Program-made: the position numbers and the translations under genes
Shown here: piece by piece, positions 44,093 through 53,543 of the stretch
Numbering within the stretch: position 1 is the stretch's first letter
Layout of the letters: the number at the start of each line of letters is the position of its first letter
Notes under the pieces: model-generated
The model's database searches: none
What the model saw: only the letters and a program-made list of their open reading frames with translations
Told to the model about the DNA's origin: nothing
NCBI GenBank assembly: GCA_963733035.1
Contig: CAVTBU010000005.1
Coordinates: forward strand, 2,272,001 to 2,336,000
Direction: 5' to 3'
DNA from: Pirellulales bacterium
Lineage (GTDB): Bacteria > Planctomycetota > Planctomycetia > Pirellulales > PALSA-1355
DNA: 64,000 bases

Positions 44093-45396
44093 CAATCCGC
44101 AGGTGCAGAAGCGGGCGTTTTCGTGGAGAGTTCCGTAAACCACTTGAGGGCTTTGGGGACGGCTTGCAGCACGGAGGCATTGTGCGCGTAGGGGCCGACG
44201 GAGATCGCCTGCACGTCGGCTCCGCGCTGCTGCATTTCGGCCGCGGCGCGCTGGGCTTCCTCGGGCAATACGTCCTCGTCTTCTTCGCCGTAATAGATGC
44301 GGACCGGGACCTGCGGGGTCCAATCGGCGACGCTGTTCGCGGCGAGCGCGTCGAGAAACCAGTGCGGTTGACCCTTGTCGTACGCTTCGAGCAGTTCCGG
44401 CGTGAACAGCTCGCGTGGATTCTTGGGAAGCGCCGCCGCGATGCGTTCGGTCTGATGAGCGCCGTCGAACAGGGTGGGAACCTCTTTGGCATAGGGCTCG
44501 ACCAAGATCGAATCGAGCGGATGACCGTACGCCTGGGCATAGGCATTGGCCAGGTACGCCAGGTAGAACGCGTGCGAAGGGCTACGGCCGGTCAGCGCTT
44601 GTGGAAAACTCACGTCGCGCAGGTAGAACGGTCCGGCAATCGGCGCGGAGGCGACGACGTACAGATCCGGATCGGCATTCTGCTGGAGCGCCCGTTGCAC
44701 GGCGAACGTGGCATGGCCCCCTTGCGAGAAGCCGAGCAAGAACAATGATTTCGGCCAGGGCCGCTGCAAGTGCGTGACCAGTTTCTGGGCGGCGCGCATT
44801 AAGTCGATCGACGTGGAAGCGGTGACGCCGGCGAGCATGTAGGGGTGACGATCTTGGCTTTCTCCGAGGCCGATGTAGTCGGGTGCAACAAGCAGGTGTC
44901 CCGTACCGGCGACGGCGGCGGCCAACACCAGTCCTTCGCCTGCCCCCGATTGAGAAGGGGCCGTCCGCCGTTCGGCATTGGTGCCGTGAAAGTACGCCAG
45001 GACGTCATGCGGCGCGCTGTCATTTGGAAGTGCCACCAGCCCGGAGGCCGCGACCGGCAAACCGTCGATGCCTGTCGTTTGATAGCGCAGGCGGTAGAGC
45101 GTGATCCCGTGTTGCACGGCGATCGGCTCGGGCAGGTCGACGGTATCGAGCAGATACTGCGTTGCGAAGCGCGGATACTTCCCGATCCGCGAGACCGATA
45201 CCAGGTCGCCCGGCTCGTCTCCGCGCAGCGATTCGGGAACCGAGACGGCGAAGGTGCCGACCGCCCGATGCATGGCGATGCCACCTGCCAGCGAGAGCGT
45301 GGCAAGGATCGCAAATACGACCAGCGCAAAGCGTCGCCATCGGCTCGCCTTAGGACGCACCGTTGGATCGGGCAGAGACGTGGGTTGGTCGGTCAT
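44092..45396 (-). CDS. Membrane-anchored secretory lipase-like alpha/beta hydrolase
   Basis: HGT, APDYIGLG, GFSQGG nucleophile, D and H triad candidates. Confidence 0.82.
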   Translation of the reverse strand: MTDQPTSLPDPTVRPKASRWRRFALVVFAILATLSLAGGIAMHRAVGTFAVSVPESLRGDEPGDLVSVSRIGKYPRFATQYLLDTVDLPEPIAVQHGITLYRLRYQTTGIDGLPVAASGLVALPNDSAPHDVLAYFHGTNAERRTAPSQSGAGEGLVLAAAVAGTGHLLVAPDYIGLGESQDRHPYMLAGVTASTSIDLMRAAQKLVTHLQRPWPKSLFLLGFSQGGHATFAVQRALQQNADPDLYVVASAPIAGPFYLRDVSFPQALTGRSPSHAFYLAYLANAYAQAYGHPLDSILVEPYAKEVPTLFDGAHQTERIAAALPKNPRELFTPELLEAYDKGQPHWFLDALAANSVADWTPQVPVRIYYGEEDEDVLPEEAQRAAAEMQQRGADVQAISVGPYAHNASVLQAVPKALKWFTELSTKTPASAPAD

Positions 45397-45421
45397 GGCG
45401 TTGGCTCCACGAGGTACACGA

Positions 45422-45460
45422 GAGGTATCTAAAGGGGGAGGTATCTAAAGGGGACGCAAA
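45422..45460 (+). repeat. TAAAGGGGACGC repeat with exact 16-nt tandem duplication
   Basis: GAGGTATCTAAAGGGG x2, then ACGCAAA. Confidence 0.75.
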
Positions 45461-45628
45461 GGCTCTGAAGAAAACTGCTCTGCTGTCTTAAGCTGCTAGC
45501 TCGGTTGGGTGCGTAGTGGGTTTGTGGCGCGCACCAGCAAATCTCCGAAGGCGGTGGCGCGGGCGGCGCTTGTGGCCGCTCAGCGGGTACTGCCGTTCTA
45601 CACGCATCCCAACAGCCCAAAGAAGAAG

Positions 45629-45830
45629 AAAAGGTGCCAGGAACCTATTTCTGGCTTTCTGGGGGTCAGACCAACGCGGGCGCGCCACGATGGCTCGCCC
45701 AGGGGGCTGCCGCGCTGCACACTGCGGCGAATCGCTTCCAACTCCGCGTCGCTTTGCGGGGCGTTGACCCAAGCGGTCCGGCCACGCCGTCGCGGCAGCG
45801 GGCAGACCGCCAGCAACGACTTGTCCTCGG
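45629..45830 (-). pseudogene. C-terminal remnant of a second Y1/RAYT-type transposase with adjacent hairpin
   Basis: WVNAPQSDAELEAIRRSVQRGSPLG; ends at AAAAGGTGCCAGGAACCTATTT. Confidence 0.55.
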
Positions 45831-45863
45831 GCGATCCCCGCCCAGCAGTATGACCATTTTGCT

Positions 45864-46211
45864 TTACGTGGGCGCACCACTGTCCGTCTGCCTTGGAGGA
45901 TGTAAGGGCAGCTTTGTCTGTGGAATATCCCTGTCAAGCCAGTGGCGCAGCTTGGCATAGAATTCGCCCGAGGTTTCACCGTCTCCTCGTTTGCAAGCTC
46001 CGAACGATTTGCATCGACGTTTGATTTCGGCGGCTCCTTCGGGAGTTCGTTCCAATTTGGCAACAAAGTCGAGCAATTGGGTCAGCTTGTCCTCGATAAG
46101 TTCGCTATCGAGCAGCTTCTCTTGCGGACTTTTATATTGGAAGGTCTTCTCGTGGCCTGCACGATTTGCCCTTCGGCTGCGGTCCACATTCGTTCTCCGT
46201 TGGTATTCCAA
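45864..46211 (-). CDS. Hypothetical 115-aa protein, lower GC than the flanks
   Basis: AGGA RBS before a TTG start; open frame nested within the IS remnant. Confidence 0.45.
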   Translation of the reverse strand: MEYQRRTNVDRSRRANRAGHEKTFQYKSPQEKLLDSELIEDKLTQLLDFVAKLERTPEGAAEIKRRCKSFGACKRGDGETSGEFYAKLRHWLDRDIPQTKLPLHPPRQTDSGAPT

Positions 46212-46647
46212 ATTCCTGCTGATGACATCATAGCAGTTTATGCGCCGTCAAAGTTTGCTTCGTGAACTCGAGTCCCAGCTTTGTTGGTGCTGGGAGCGGT
46301 TTGTACTGCGGCAGTCATTAGAGGCGTACGCGAACCTTTTTCGTGCATGATTCGGGGGCCATTGCTTCGCGCGCAGGAGTGCGGCGTCCGCAGGCTGGTC
46401 GCGACCACGTATTGTCGCCCGACGGACAAGCCCGCGCGAGAACACCATCGGCAGATGCAAACGCGTATCACGAAAGGAAGTACCACCGCCGCGGCCAAGT
46501 GCAAACGGCGAACTCAACGATCAAACGCCACCAAGGCGATTACGCCCCGAGCCGAACCGTCCAAGCCCAATGCCGAGATCTCCGCTTGATGGCGCTAAAG
46601 CACCAGGCCATGATTCTGTTGCGCGTGAACGTTTTCTAACTGAGCCC

Positions 46648-46723
46648 GACGCGAACCTTTGTCTCCCACTTGAAAAGGTTTGCGTCAGTTGCGTCCCCTT
46701 TATTTAATCCCTTTATTTAATCC
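46648..46723. repeat. Inverted GACGCRAACCTTT pair plus TAAAGGGGACGC copy with 13-nt duplication
   Basis: GACGCGAACCTTT...AAAGGTTTGCGTC-AGTTGCGTCCC then CTTTATTTAATCC x2. Confidence 0.75.
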
Positions 46724-47546
46724 GACGCCGCTGCCGAAGCGTGGTGACCACCATGGCCAGCACGGCGGCTTGTGCCAACAGCCAGCCGCTGGCGGGCTCC
46801 GGTACCAGAAACGGGTCGAGAGAAAAGTTGTCGACGGCGTGGGCCCCGTTGCCCGTAACAACAAAGCCGGGATACAGCGAGGCGTCGGCCGCGAAGCCTT
46901 GCGTGTCGGGCGTTTGCGTTACGTGCTTGAAAACTGTGCCGAGGAAGTTCAAACCATCCAGGCCGTAATCGTCGATCCGGACACCGTATTGGATCTGTCC
47001 GCCGAGATTCGTGAAGGCGACTTGAAAATCGTACCAGTGATCGGCACGGATCGTTCCCTTGGTGAAGTTGAACGTAAAGCCCGGAAACGAACCTCCGCCG
47101 GCTTGGAGCGTTCCGCCTTCGATCCGATCGACGCTCGAAGTTGATTCGAGCGAGACAAACAGATGCGCGTCGTAGTTGCCGAACTCGCTCGCCGTATGCA
47201 CCAGATAGGTTTCGTGATAGGTGCCGAAGAAGCCGGGCATCAGTCCCGACAAGTCCCCCGCGTGAAAGAACTGCGAGATGTAGATCGTATCGCCGGGATG
47301 ATTGAACGCCCGCGAGGAAGTCAGCGTGCTTGCGTGCGCCGTGCTCGTCACAAGCGATCCCGAGGGACCGATGCCGTAGCCCGGGCTCCAGGCAATCGGC
47401 GAGTACGAGCCATAATTCTGCCGCGAAAAGTAGAACAAGTCGGTCGAGCTGTTGTAGTCGATCGTCGTTGCCTGGCAGGTTCGCCCGGCAGCCACAAAAA
47501 GTGGGATCACCGTCGTCGCGGCAACCAATACCGACAGTGCACGCAT
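46713..47546 (-). CDS. PEP-CTERM sorting domain protein
   Basis: GAGGA RBS, signal peptide, VPEPASGWLL + TM + RQRRR. Confidence 0.8.
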   Translation of the reverse strand: MRALSVLVAATTVIPLFVAAGRTCQATTIDYNSSTDLFYFSRQNYGSYSPIAWSPGYGIGPSGSLVTSTAHASTLTSSRAFNHPGDTIYISQFFHAGDLSGLMPGFFGTYHETYLVHTASEFGNYDAHLFVSLESTSSVDRIEGGTLQAGGGSFPGFTFNFTKGTIRADHWYDFQVAFTNLGGQIQYGVRIDDYGLDGLNFLGTVFKHVTQTPDTQGFAADASLYPGFVVTGNGAHAVDNFSLDPFLVPEPASGWLLAQAAVLAMVVTTLRQRRRIK

Positions 47547-47876
47547 GCGAAGTCCTCGACCGTTCGGATGAGTTGGCTCCCCGTACCCCGAGACGACATC
47601 CGCCACGCGACCAGCTTCTCACTACTTCGGGGTATATATAATGCCCCACATTATTGATGAGCGCTCGAAAAACGTCAAACAGATTCGACTTGCTCGCACG
47701 GAAATAGCTAGTTCTAAACTGCACATTAACGCGCTCCCGCTCGTGATCGTGGCGGCTGTGGAAAAGGGCGGCCGGTTCCAGCCACCTTCCATCGGTCGGG
47801 TGCTTTCGCCGCGGCGGCCCAAGCGGTTCAATGTTGGAAACGACCGCAGCCGCTGGACCGTGGGAGGACGCCCGAG

Positions 47877-48131
47877 ATGGACGAAATCAAGCGCATGCAA
47901 CACGGACTGCGCATGCTCGAAGCGCTCCGCGAATTGTTGCAGAGTGGCGACTTGAGCGCCGAGGAGTGCGATCGCGCCGAGCGGATTATCGAGTTCGACG
48001 AAAGCCTTCGGGCCCCCGGTGCCGGCGACGAGAAGATTCTGGGCGTCAGCATGAACTTGTTGAGCAACGCGCACTTCGACCTGATCGAAGCCTTCCTAGC
48101 AGAACACGGCGTGACCGTTCCCGCGGAATGA
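47877..48131 (+). CDS. Small acidic hypothetical protein
   Basis: GGAGG RBS, 84-aa helical-looking ORF. Confidence 0.6.
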   Translation: MDEIKRMQHGLRMLEALRELLQSGDLSAEECDRAERIIEFDESLRAPGAGDEKILGVSMNLLSNAHFDLIEAFLAEHGVTVPAE

Positions 48132-48218
48132 CCGCCACCGGCCGCCACACATTAACCCGAAGCCCGCGCTCGCGCGTCGGGTTAGTAGACGGCGGTCCAA
48201 CGACCGCGTTCGCCCGCT

Positions 48219-49654
48219 CTACGCAATCAGCTCTTTCACCACGCGGCCGTGGACGTCGGTGAGGCGGAAGTCGCGGCCGGCGTAGCGGTAGGTGAACTTC
48301 TCGTGGTCGAAGCCCATCAGGTGCAGGATCGTGGCGTGCAGGTCGTGCATGTGGACGCGGTTTTCGACGGCGGCGAAGCCGAACTCGTCGGTCGCGCCGT
48401 GCACGTAGCCGCCGCGGACGCCGCCGCCGGCCATCCACATCGTGTAACCGTGATGGTTGTGGTCGCGGCCGTTGATCTTGCCGGCATTCGCTCCCTTCTT
48501 CGGCAGCTCGACCGTCGGCGTGCGGCCAAACTCCCCGCCCCAGATGACCAGCGTTTCGTCGAGCAGCCCGCGGGCTTTGAGGTCTTTGAGCAGCGCGCCG
48601 ATGGCTTGGTCGCACTGCTGGGCCAGGCGGCGGTGATTCACTTCGATGTCGTCGTGGCTGTCCCAGGGTTGTCCTTGCCCGTGCCAGACCTGGACGAATC
48701 GCACGCCGCGCTCGACCAGCCGGCGGGCAATCAGGATCTGCCGCGCTTGCGTTCCTTCGCCATACATGTCGAGGATGTGCTGCGGTTCGCGGCTGACGTC
48801 AAACGCGTCGGTCGCTTCGCTCTGCATGCGGTAAGCCAGCTCGAACGACTGGATCCGCGATTCGAGCTGTTCATCGCCGCGGCGATCTTCCAGGTGCAGC
48901 GCGTTAAGCTGGCCGAGCAAGTCGAGCTGGCGGCGCTGCTGCTCGCGGCCGATGGCCTTGTTCTCGATGTTCTCGATCAGCCGGGCGATTTCCTGGTGCT
49001 TGGTGTCGATGTAGGTGCCCTGGAAGACGCCCGGAAGGAAGCCTGACTGCCAGTTCTGCGACTCTTGAATCGGATAGCCGCCGGGGCACATCGAGATGAA
49101 GCCGGGCAGGTTCTGGTTGTCGGTGCCCAGGCCATAGGTGAGCCAGCTCCCCATGCTGGGGCGGATTTGCCGCGGCTCGCCGCAGTTGGTGAGCAGCAGT
49201 TGCATCTCGTGGCTGGGCGCGTCGCCGTACATCGAACGGATCACGGCGATGTCGTCAATGCACGCGGCCGTGTGCGGGAAGATCTCGCTGACCTCGATCC
49301 CGCTTTCGCCGTACTTCTGGAACTTGTACGGAGAGGCGAAGGCCGCGCCGGTTTTGCGCTCGGTCTTGAGGTTGAACGGCAACTCCTGGCCGCTGCGTTT
49401 GGTGAGCTCGGGCTTGGGATCGAACGTGTCGACGTGCGAGGGTCCGCCGTTCATGAACAGGTGAATGATGTGCTTGGCCTTGGCCGGAAACTGCGGCATC
49501 CTGGCGCGAGCGGCCGGATCGAATCGGCCGCCGCCGGCGCGAGCAAGCCCTGGCCGCCCAGCAACTGGCCGAGTGCCAGCGAGCCGAAGCCGAGCCCGGT
49601 TCGACGGAGCAAGTCGCGGCGCGTCAGGCTGCAGGAGTGGTCGCTGGCGGTCAT
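48219..49654 (-). CDS. DUF1501 domain protein (frameshift near 49505)
   Basis: TRRDLL Tat signal in the upstream frame; GGPSHVDTFDPK, WDSH, GEFGRTP, GRDH. Confidence 0.9.
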
Positions 49655-49667
49655 GGGTGTTCTCCGG

Positions 49668-51824
49668 TCAATCGACGAACATGAACTCGTTCGAAAGCAG
49701 CATGGTCTGCACGTAACGCTCCCAGGGCGACGGCTGTGCCGCGGCGCCTTCGGCCGGCTTGTCGGCAGGTTCGGCGGCCGCTTGTTCGCCGGTCAGGAAT
49801 GCCTCGCCGAGGGCGAGCTCCTGCTCGCTGGGCTGGCGGGCGAACGTCACTTCATAGAGTCGACGGATTTTGTCGGCCGGGCCGGCGGCATCGTCAAACT
49901 CCGCTCGCGCGGCCAGGTGATGCGCCTGGGCGAGCACGAACGGACTGTTGAGCAGGTAGAGTGCCTGCTGCGGCACGGTGGTGGTGAACCGCTGCGGGCT
50001 GTGCGTGTCGGGGCTGGCAAAGTCAAACGTTCGGAAAAGGTTTGGCAGGTTCTGGCGATCGATGCGGCCGTAGATCGTGCGCCGCGTGGGCCAGGGCTCG
50101 GCGAGCAGATCGACCGACGCCCCGCCGACCGATTCGTCGAGCTGTCCAGACGCGGCCAGCAGTGCGTCGCGCATCGACTCGAAGTCGAGCCGCTTGCGAT
50201 TCATCCGATACAGCAGGCGGTTTTCGGGGTCGAGCTTGCGACCGTCGGGCCGCTCGGCACTCGATTGCTGATAGGTAGCCGAGGTGAGGATCAGCCGGTG
50301 CACGCTCTTGAGCGACCAGTTGTTTTCGATCAGCGCGCTGGCCAGGTAGTCGAGCAACTCGGGATGCGTGGGTGCGCCGCTCCGCAGGCCGAAGTCGCTG
50401 GGCGTTTCGACCAGGGGTTGCTCAAAGTAGTGCATCCAGATGCGGTTGACGATTACGCGGGCGGTGAGCGGATTGTCGGCACTGGCGATGGCCTGGGCCA
50501 ACTCGAGGCGGCCGCTGCCGTTTTGGAATGGTTGGCGATCCTCGCCCGCCACCACGGAGAGAAACTGCCGCGGCACTTCCTCGCCCGGGTTGCCGGAGTT
50601 GCCGCGAACGAAGACGTGCGGCGCGACCGGTTGCGGGGCATCGGCCAGGGTCATCACGTCGGCCGGTTGTTCCGGTTCGACGCTGCTGGCCAGCACGCCG
50701 TAAAGCGAATAGTAGTCCTTGGTCGGAATCGGATCGTACTTGTGATCGTGGCAGCGGGCGCAGGTGACCGTCAGCCCCATCGTGCCGCGGGTGAGCACGT
50801 CGATGCGGTCGTCGATGATATCGTGCATGTTGTTGAGGAAACGGCGACCGACAAGCAGAAAGCCCATCGCGGCCAGCGGGCTCTTGTCGTCACCCAGCGG
50901 CAGACGATCAGCGGCGATCTGTTGAATGAGAAATTGGTCGTACGGCAAGTCGTTGTTCAGCGCCTGCACGACCCAGTCCCGATATTTATAGGCGTTCGGA
51001 TAGTTGCGATCGGCGGTGAAAACGTAGCCCTTGCTGTCGGCATAGCGTGCCACATCGAGCCAATGGCGTGCCCAGCGCTCGCCATAATGGGGCGAGCCGA
51101 GCAGCGTCTCCAGGGCGCGGTCGAGGGCCTGCGGGTCGGTGTCGGCTTCGAGTTGTTGGACAACCGCGGCCTCGGGCGGCAAACCAGTGACGTCGAAGCT
51201 GGCGCGGCGGAAGATCGTGCGGCGGTCTGCCGGGGGCGAAGGTTTGAGGCCGGTCGCTTCCAGCTTGGACAAGATAAAGTTGTCAATTGGCGAAGTGGGC
51301 CAGTCGGATTGTTGGACGGTTGGCAGCGCGGGTTTGACGATCGGCTGGAAGGCCCAGTGCGTCTTGGCCGCTTCGTTCTGGTCGGGCGACTTGGGAACCG
51401 GCGCTTCGCTGGTCGGCGCGGGAGCGCCCATTTGGATCCAGGCTTCGAGCTTGGCGATCTCTTCGTCAGTGAGTTTGCCTTCGGGAGGCATCTTGGGTTC
51501 GGCGTTGTAACGCACGGCCACCATCAAGCGGCTTTCGGCCGGATTGCCGGGCACGATCGACGGCCCGTTGTCGCTGCCGGCCAGCATCGCGGCGCGGGAG
51601 TCGAGCTGCAGGCCGCCCTGCTTGTCTTCGCCGTGACATTCGAGGCAATGCGTGACGAACAGCGGCCGAATGTGCTTTTCAAAGAATTCCATCGCGTCGG
51701 GCGAGGGGGCCGCAGCATCGGCAGGCGGCGGAGCCGCGGAGGCTCGCAGGCAGATGCCGGCGGCAAGGATCGCCAGAGCGGCGATTCGTAGTGCGCACCA
51801 GGAAGTCTCTGATCGAAACCGCAT
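49668..51824 (-). CDS. Planctomycete cytochrome c / DUF1549 / DUF1553 protein
   Basis: FFEKHIRP..CLECH, HWAF, GERWARHWLD, CARCHDHKYDP, NRIWMHYF, PQQALYLLN. Confidence 0.92.
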   Translation of the reverse strand: MRFRSETSWCALRIAALAILAAGICLRASAAPPPADAAAPSPDAMEFFEKHIRPLFVTHCLECHGEDKQGGLQLDSRAAMLAGSDNGPSIVPGNPAESRLMVAVRYNAEPKMPPEGKLTDEEIAKLEAWIQMGAPAPTSEAPVPKSPDQNEAAKTHWAFQPIVKPALPTVQQSDWPTSPIDNFILSKLEATGLKPSPPADRRTIFRRASFDVTGLPPEAAVVQQLEADTDPQALDRALETLLGSPHYGERWARHWLDVARYADSKGYVFTADRNYPNAYKYRDWVVQALNNDLPYDQFLIQQIAADRLPLGDDKSPLAAMGFLLVGRRFLNNMHDIIDDRIDVLTRGTMGLTVTCARCHDHKYDPIPTKDYYSLYGVLASSVEPEQPADVMTLADAPQPVAPHVFVRGNSGNPGEEVPRQFLSVVAGEDRQPFQNGSGRLELAQAIASADNPLTARVIVNRIWMHYFEQPLVETPSDFGLRSGAPTHPELLDYLASALIENNWSLKSVHRLILTSATYQQSSAERPDGRKLDPENRLLYRMNRKRLDFESMRDALLAASGQLDESVGGASVDLLAEPWPTRRTIYGRIDRQNLPNLFRTFDFASPDTHSPQRFTTTVPQQALYLLNSPFVLAQAHHLAARAEFDDAAGPADKIRRLYEVTFARQPSEQELALGEAFLTGEQAAAEPADKPAEGAAAQPSPWERYVQTMLLSNEFMFVD

Positions 51825-51965
51825 GGGTCGAAGTTCCGCGAGCGAGGGTGGGCTGTTTTTTGGTGGGGCAAGCGGCGGGGCGAACGATTCGCTGGGGCCG
51901 AATCGCCGTGCCGTCATTATAATCGCCTGAGTAGCGCGACGCCAACCCGCGAGGAGTGCAACCTT

Positions 51966-53537
51966 TTGATTTCCGCCGCCGAAGCCTTGAAGCTGGCCGA
52001 GCAAGCCATGCAGTCGGCAGACCTTGCGCGGGCGGAGTTTATCTACCAACAGATCCTGGCCGCCGCGCCAGAAGAACCGCAATCGCTCTTCGGATTGGGG
52101 ACGCTGGCGCTTCGGGCCGGACACTTTGACAAGGCCGAAGCGTTTTTTCGACGGGCGCTGGCCACGGCTCCCGACGAGCCAATGTTGCACAACAGCTTGC
52201 ACTTGGCGCTGCTTGGCGAGGGACGCACCGCCGAGGCGGTTGCAAGCTGCCGCCGCGCGATAGAGCTTGCGCCGCACGCGCCCGAAATGCATAACAATCT
52301 GGCCCTGGCACGAAAGCAGGCCGGGGATTTAGAGGAAGCCCGTGCGGGCTTCGAGCGGGCGATTGAACTTCGACCCGAGTATGCCGACGCGCACTACAAT
52401 CTGGCCAATGTGCTGGTGCAGTTGCGCCGATTGCCCGAGGCGGAGCGTTCGTTTCGCCGCGCGATGGAGCTCGATCCGGAGGATTGGCAGTCGCACAACA
52501 ACCTGGGCAACATTCTTCAGCTGCAAGGGCGATTTGACGAGGCCGGAGTTTGCTTCGACGCGGCCGTGCAGCGCAATCCGCAAGCGGCCGAAGCCCATCG
52601 CAACCGAGCCCTGTTGCGACTGCTGCTGGGCGACTTCGCGGGCGGTTGGCCGGAGTATGAGTGGCGCTGGCGGATGCCGCAGCATTCGCCGCCCAATCGG
52701 GCTCAACCGCGCTGGCAAGGCGAGCCGCTCGCGGGCGACACGGTCCTCGTCTGCGCCGAACAAGGGCTGGGCGACACGATTCAATTCATCCGCTACGCGC
52801 CGTTGGTGCAGAAGCTGGGCGCGCGAGTCGTCGTTGAATGCCCCGCTTCGCTGCACGCGCTATTGACCGGGGTCGCTGGTGTCGATCGCCTGGTTGCTCC
52901 CGGCGATGCGGCGGAGCCGATTGATTATTGCGTCCCGCTACTGAGCCTGCCTGGCCTGCTCCACACCGCCTTGGAAACGATTCCCGCGGACGTGCCATAT
53001 ATTGTTGCCGATCCGGCGCACATGGAACGTTGGCGCCATGAGTTGGCTCGGCTGGCCGGTTTCAAGATCGGCATCGCATGGCAGGGCAACCCCAAGTTTA
53101 CGGGCGACTACTATCGCTCGATTCCGCTGGCTGAGTTCGCGCCGCTTGCCGATTGCGCCGGCGTCACGCTGGTCAGCCTGCAGCAAGGTTTCGGTCGCGA
53201 ACAGCTTGCGGCGCTTGGAGATCGTGTGCCTGTTGTGGATTTGGCCGATCGACTCGATCAGGACGGGGCGGCGTTTGTCGATACCGCGGCCGCGATGATG
53301 CATCTCGACCTGGTAGTCACTTCCGACACGGCGATTGCTCACCTGGCCGGAGCGCTGGGGGTGCCGGTGTGGGTGGCGCTGCAATTTGCACCCAATTGGC
53401 GGTGGCTCGTCGGCCGGGGCGATAGTCCGTGGTATCCTTCTATGCGGCTGTTCCGGCAGTCGCGATTTGGCCAGTGGGGCGACGTGTTTGCAGACATGGC
53501 CGCGCGGCTGGCGTCGCTTCCATCGCGGACTGGGTGA
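51966..53537 (+). CDS. TPR-repeat protein with C-terminal GT9-like glycosyltransferase domain
   Basis: TPRs; YEWRW, EQGLGDTIQF, GIAWQGNP, DTAIAHLAGALG, SPWYPSMRLFRQ. Confidence 0.88.
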   Translation: MISAAEALKLAEQAMQSADLARAEFIYQQILAAAPEEPQSLFGLGTLALRAGHFDKAEAFFRRALATAPDEPMLHNSLHLALLGEGRTAEAVASCRRAIELAPHAPEMHNNLALARKQAGDLEEARAGFERAIELRPEYADAHYNLANVLVQLRRLPEAERSFRRAMELDPEDWQSHNNLGNILQLQGRFDEAGVCFDAAVQRNPQAAEAHRNRALLRLLLGDFAGGWPEYEWRWRMPQHSPPNRAQPRWQGEPLAGDTVLVCAEQGLGDTIQFIRYAPLVQKLGARVVVECPASLHALLTGVAGVDRLVAPGDAAEPIDYCVPLLSLPGLLHTALETIPADVPYIVADPAHMERWRHELARLAGFKIGIAWQGNPKFTGDYYRSIPLAEFAPLADCAGVTLVSLQQGFGREQLAALGDRVPVVDLADRLDQDGAAFVDTAAAMMHLDLVVTSDTAIAHLAGALGVPVWVALQFAPNWRWLVGRGDSPWYPSMRLFRQSRFGQWGDVFADMAARLASLPSRTG

Positions 53538-53543
53538 GACTAC

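Larger units (their letters stand above)
45461..46646 (+). mobile_element. Decayed IS (DDE, IS5/IS4-like) with replaced interior
   Basis: Imperfect IRs GGCTCTGAAGAAAAC / GTTTTCTAACTGAGCC; N-terminal fragment ARTSKSPK...YTHPNSPKK; C-terminal fragment YHRRGQVQTANSTIKR...QCRDLRLM. Confidence 0.6.

Noticed and set aside
38242..46723. CRISPR array or classical integron attC array
   Set aside because: Repeats are short, kilobases apart and in both orientations. I saw no cas genes, no IntI tyrosine recombinase and no consistent RYYYAAC...GTTRRRY boundaries.
49065..51791. 908-aa plus-strand ORF (also 4766-6637, 35250-36746 and similar)
   Set aside because: Antisense shadows of well-supported minus-strand genes, expected in high-GC DNA.
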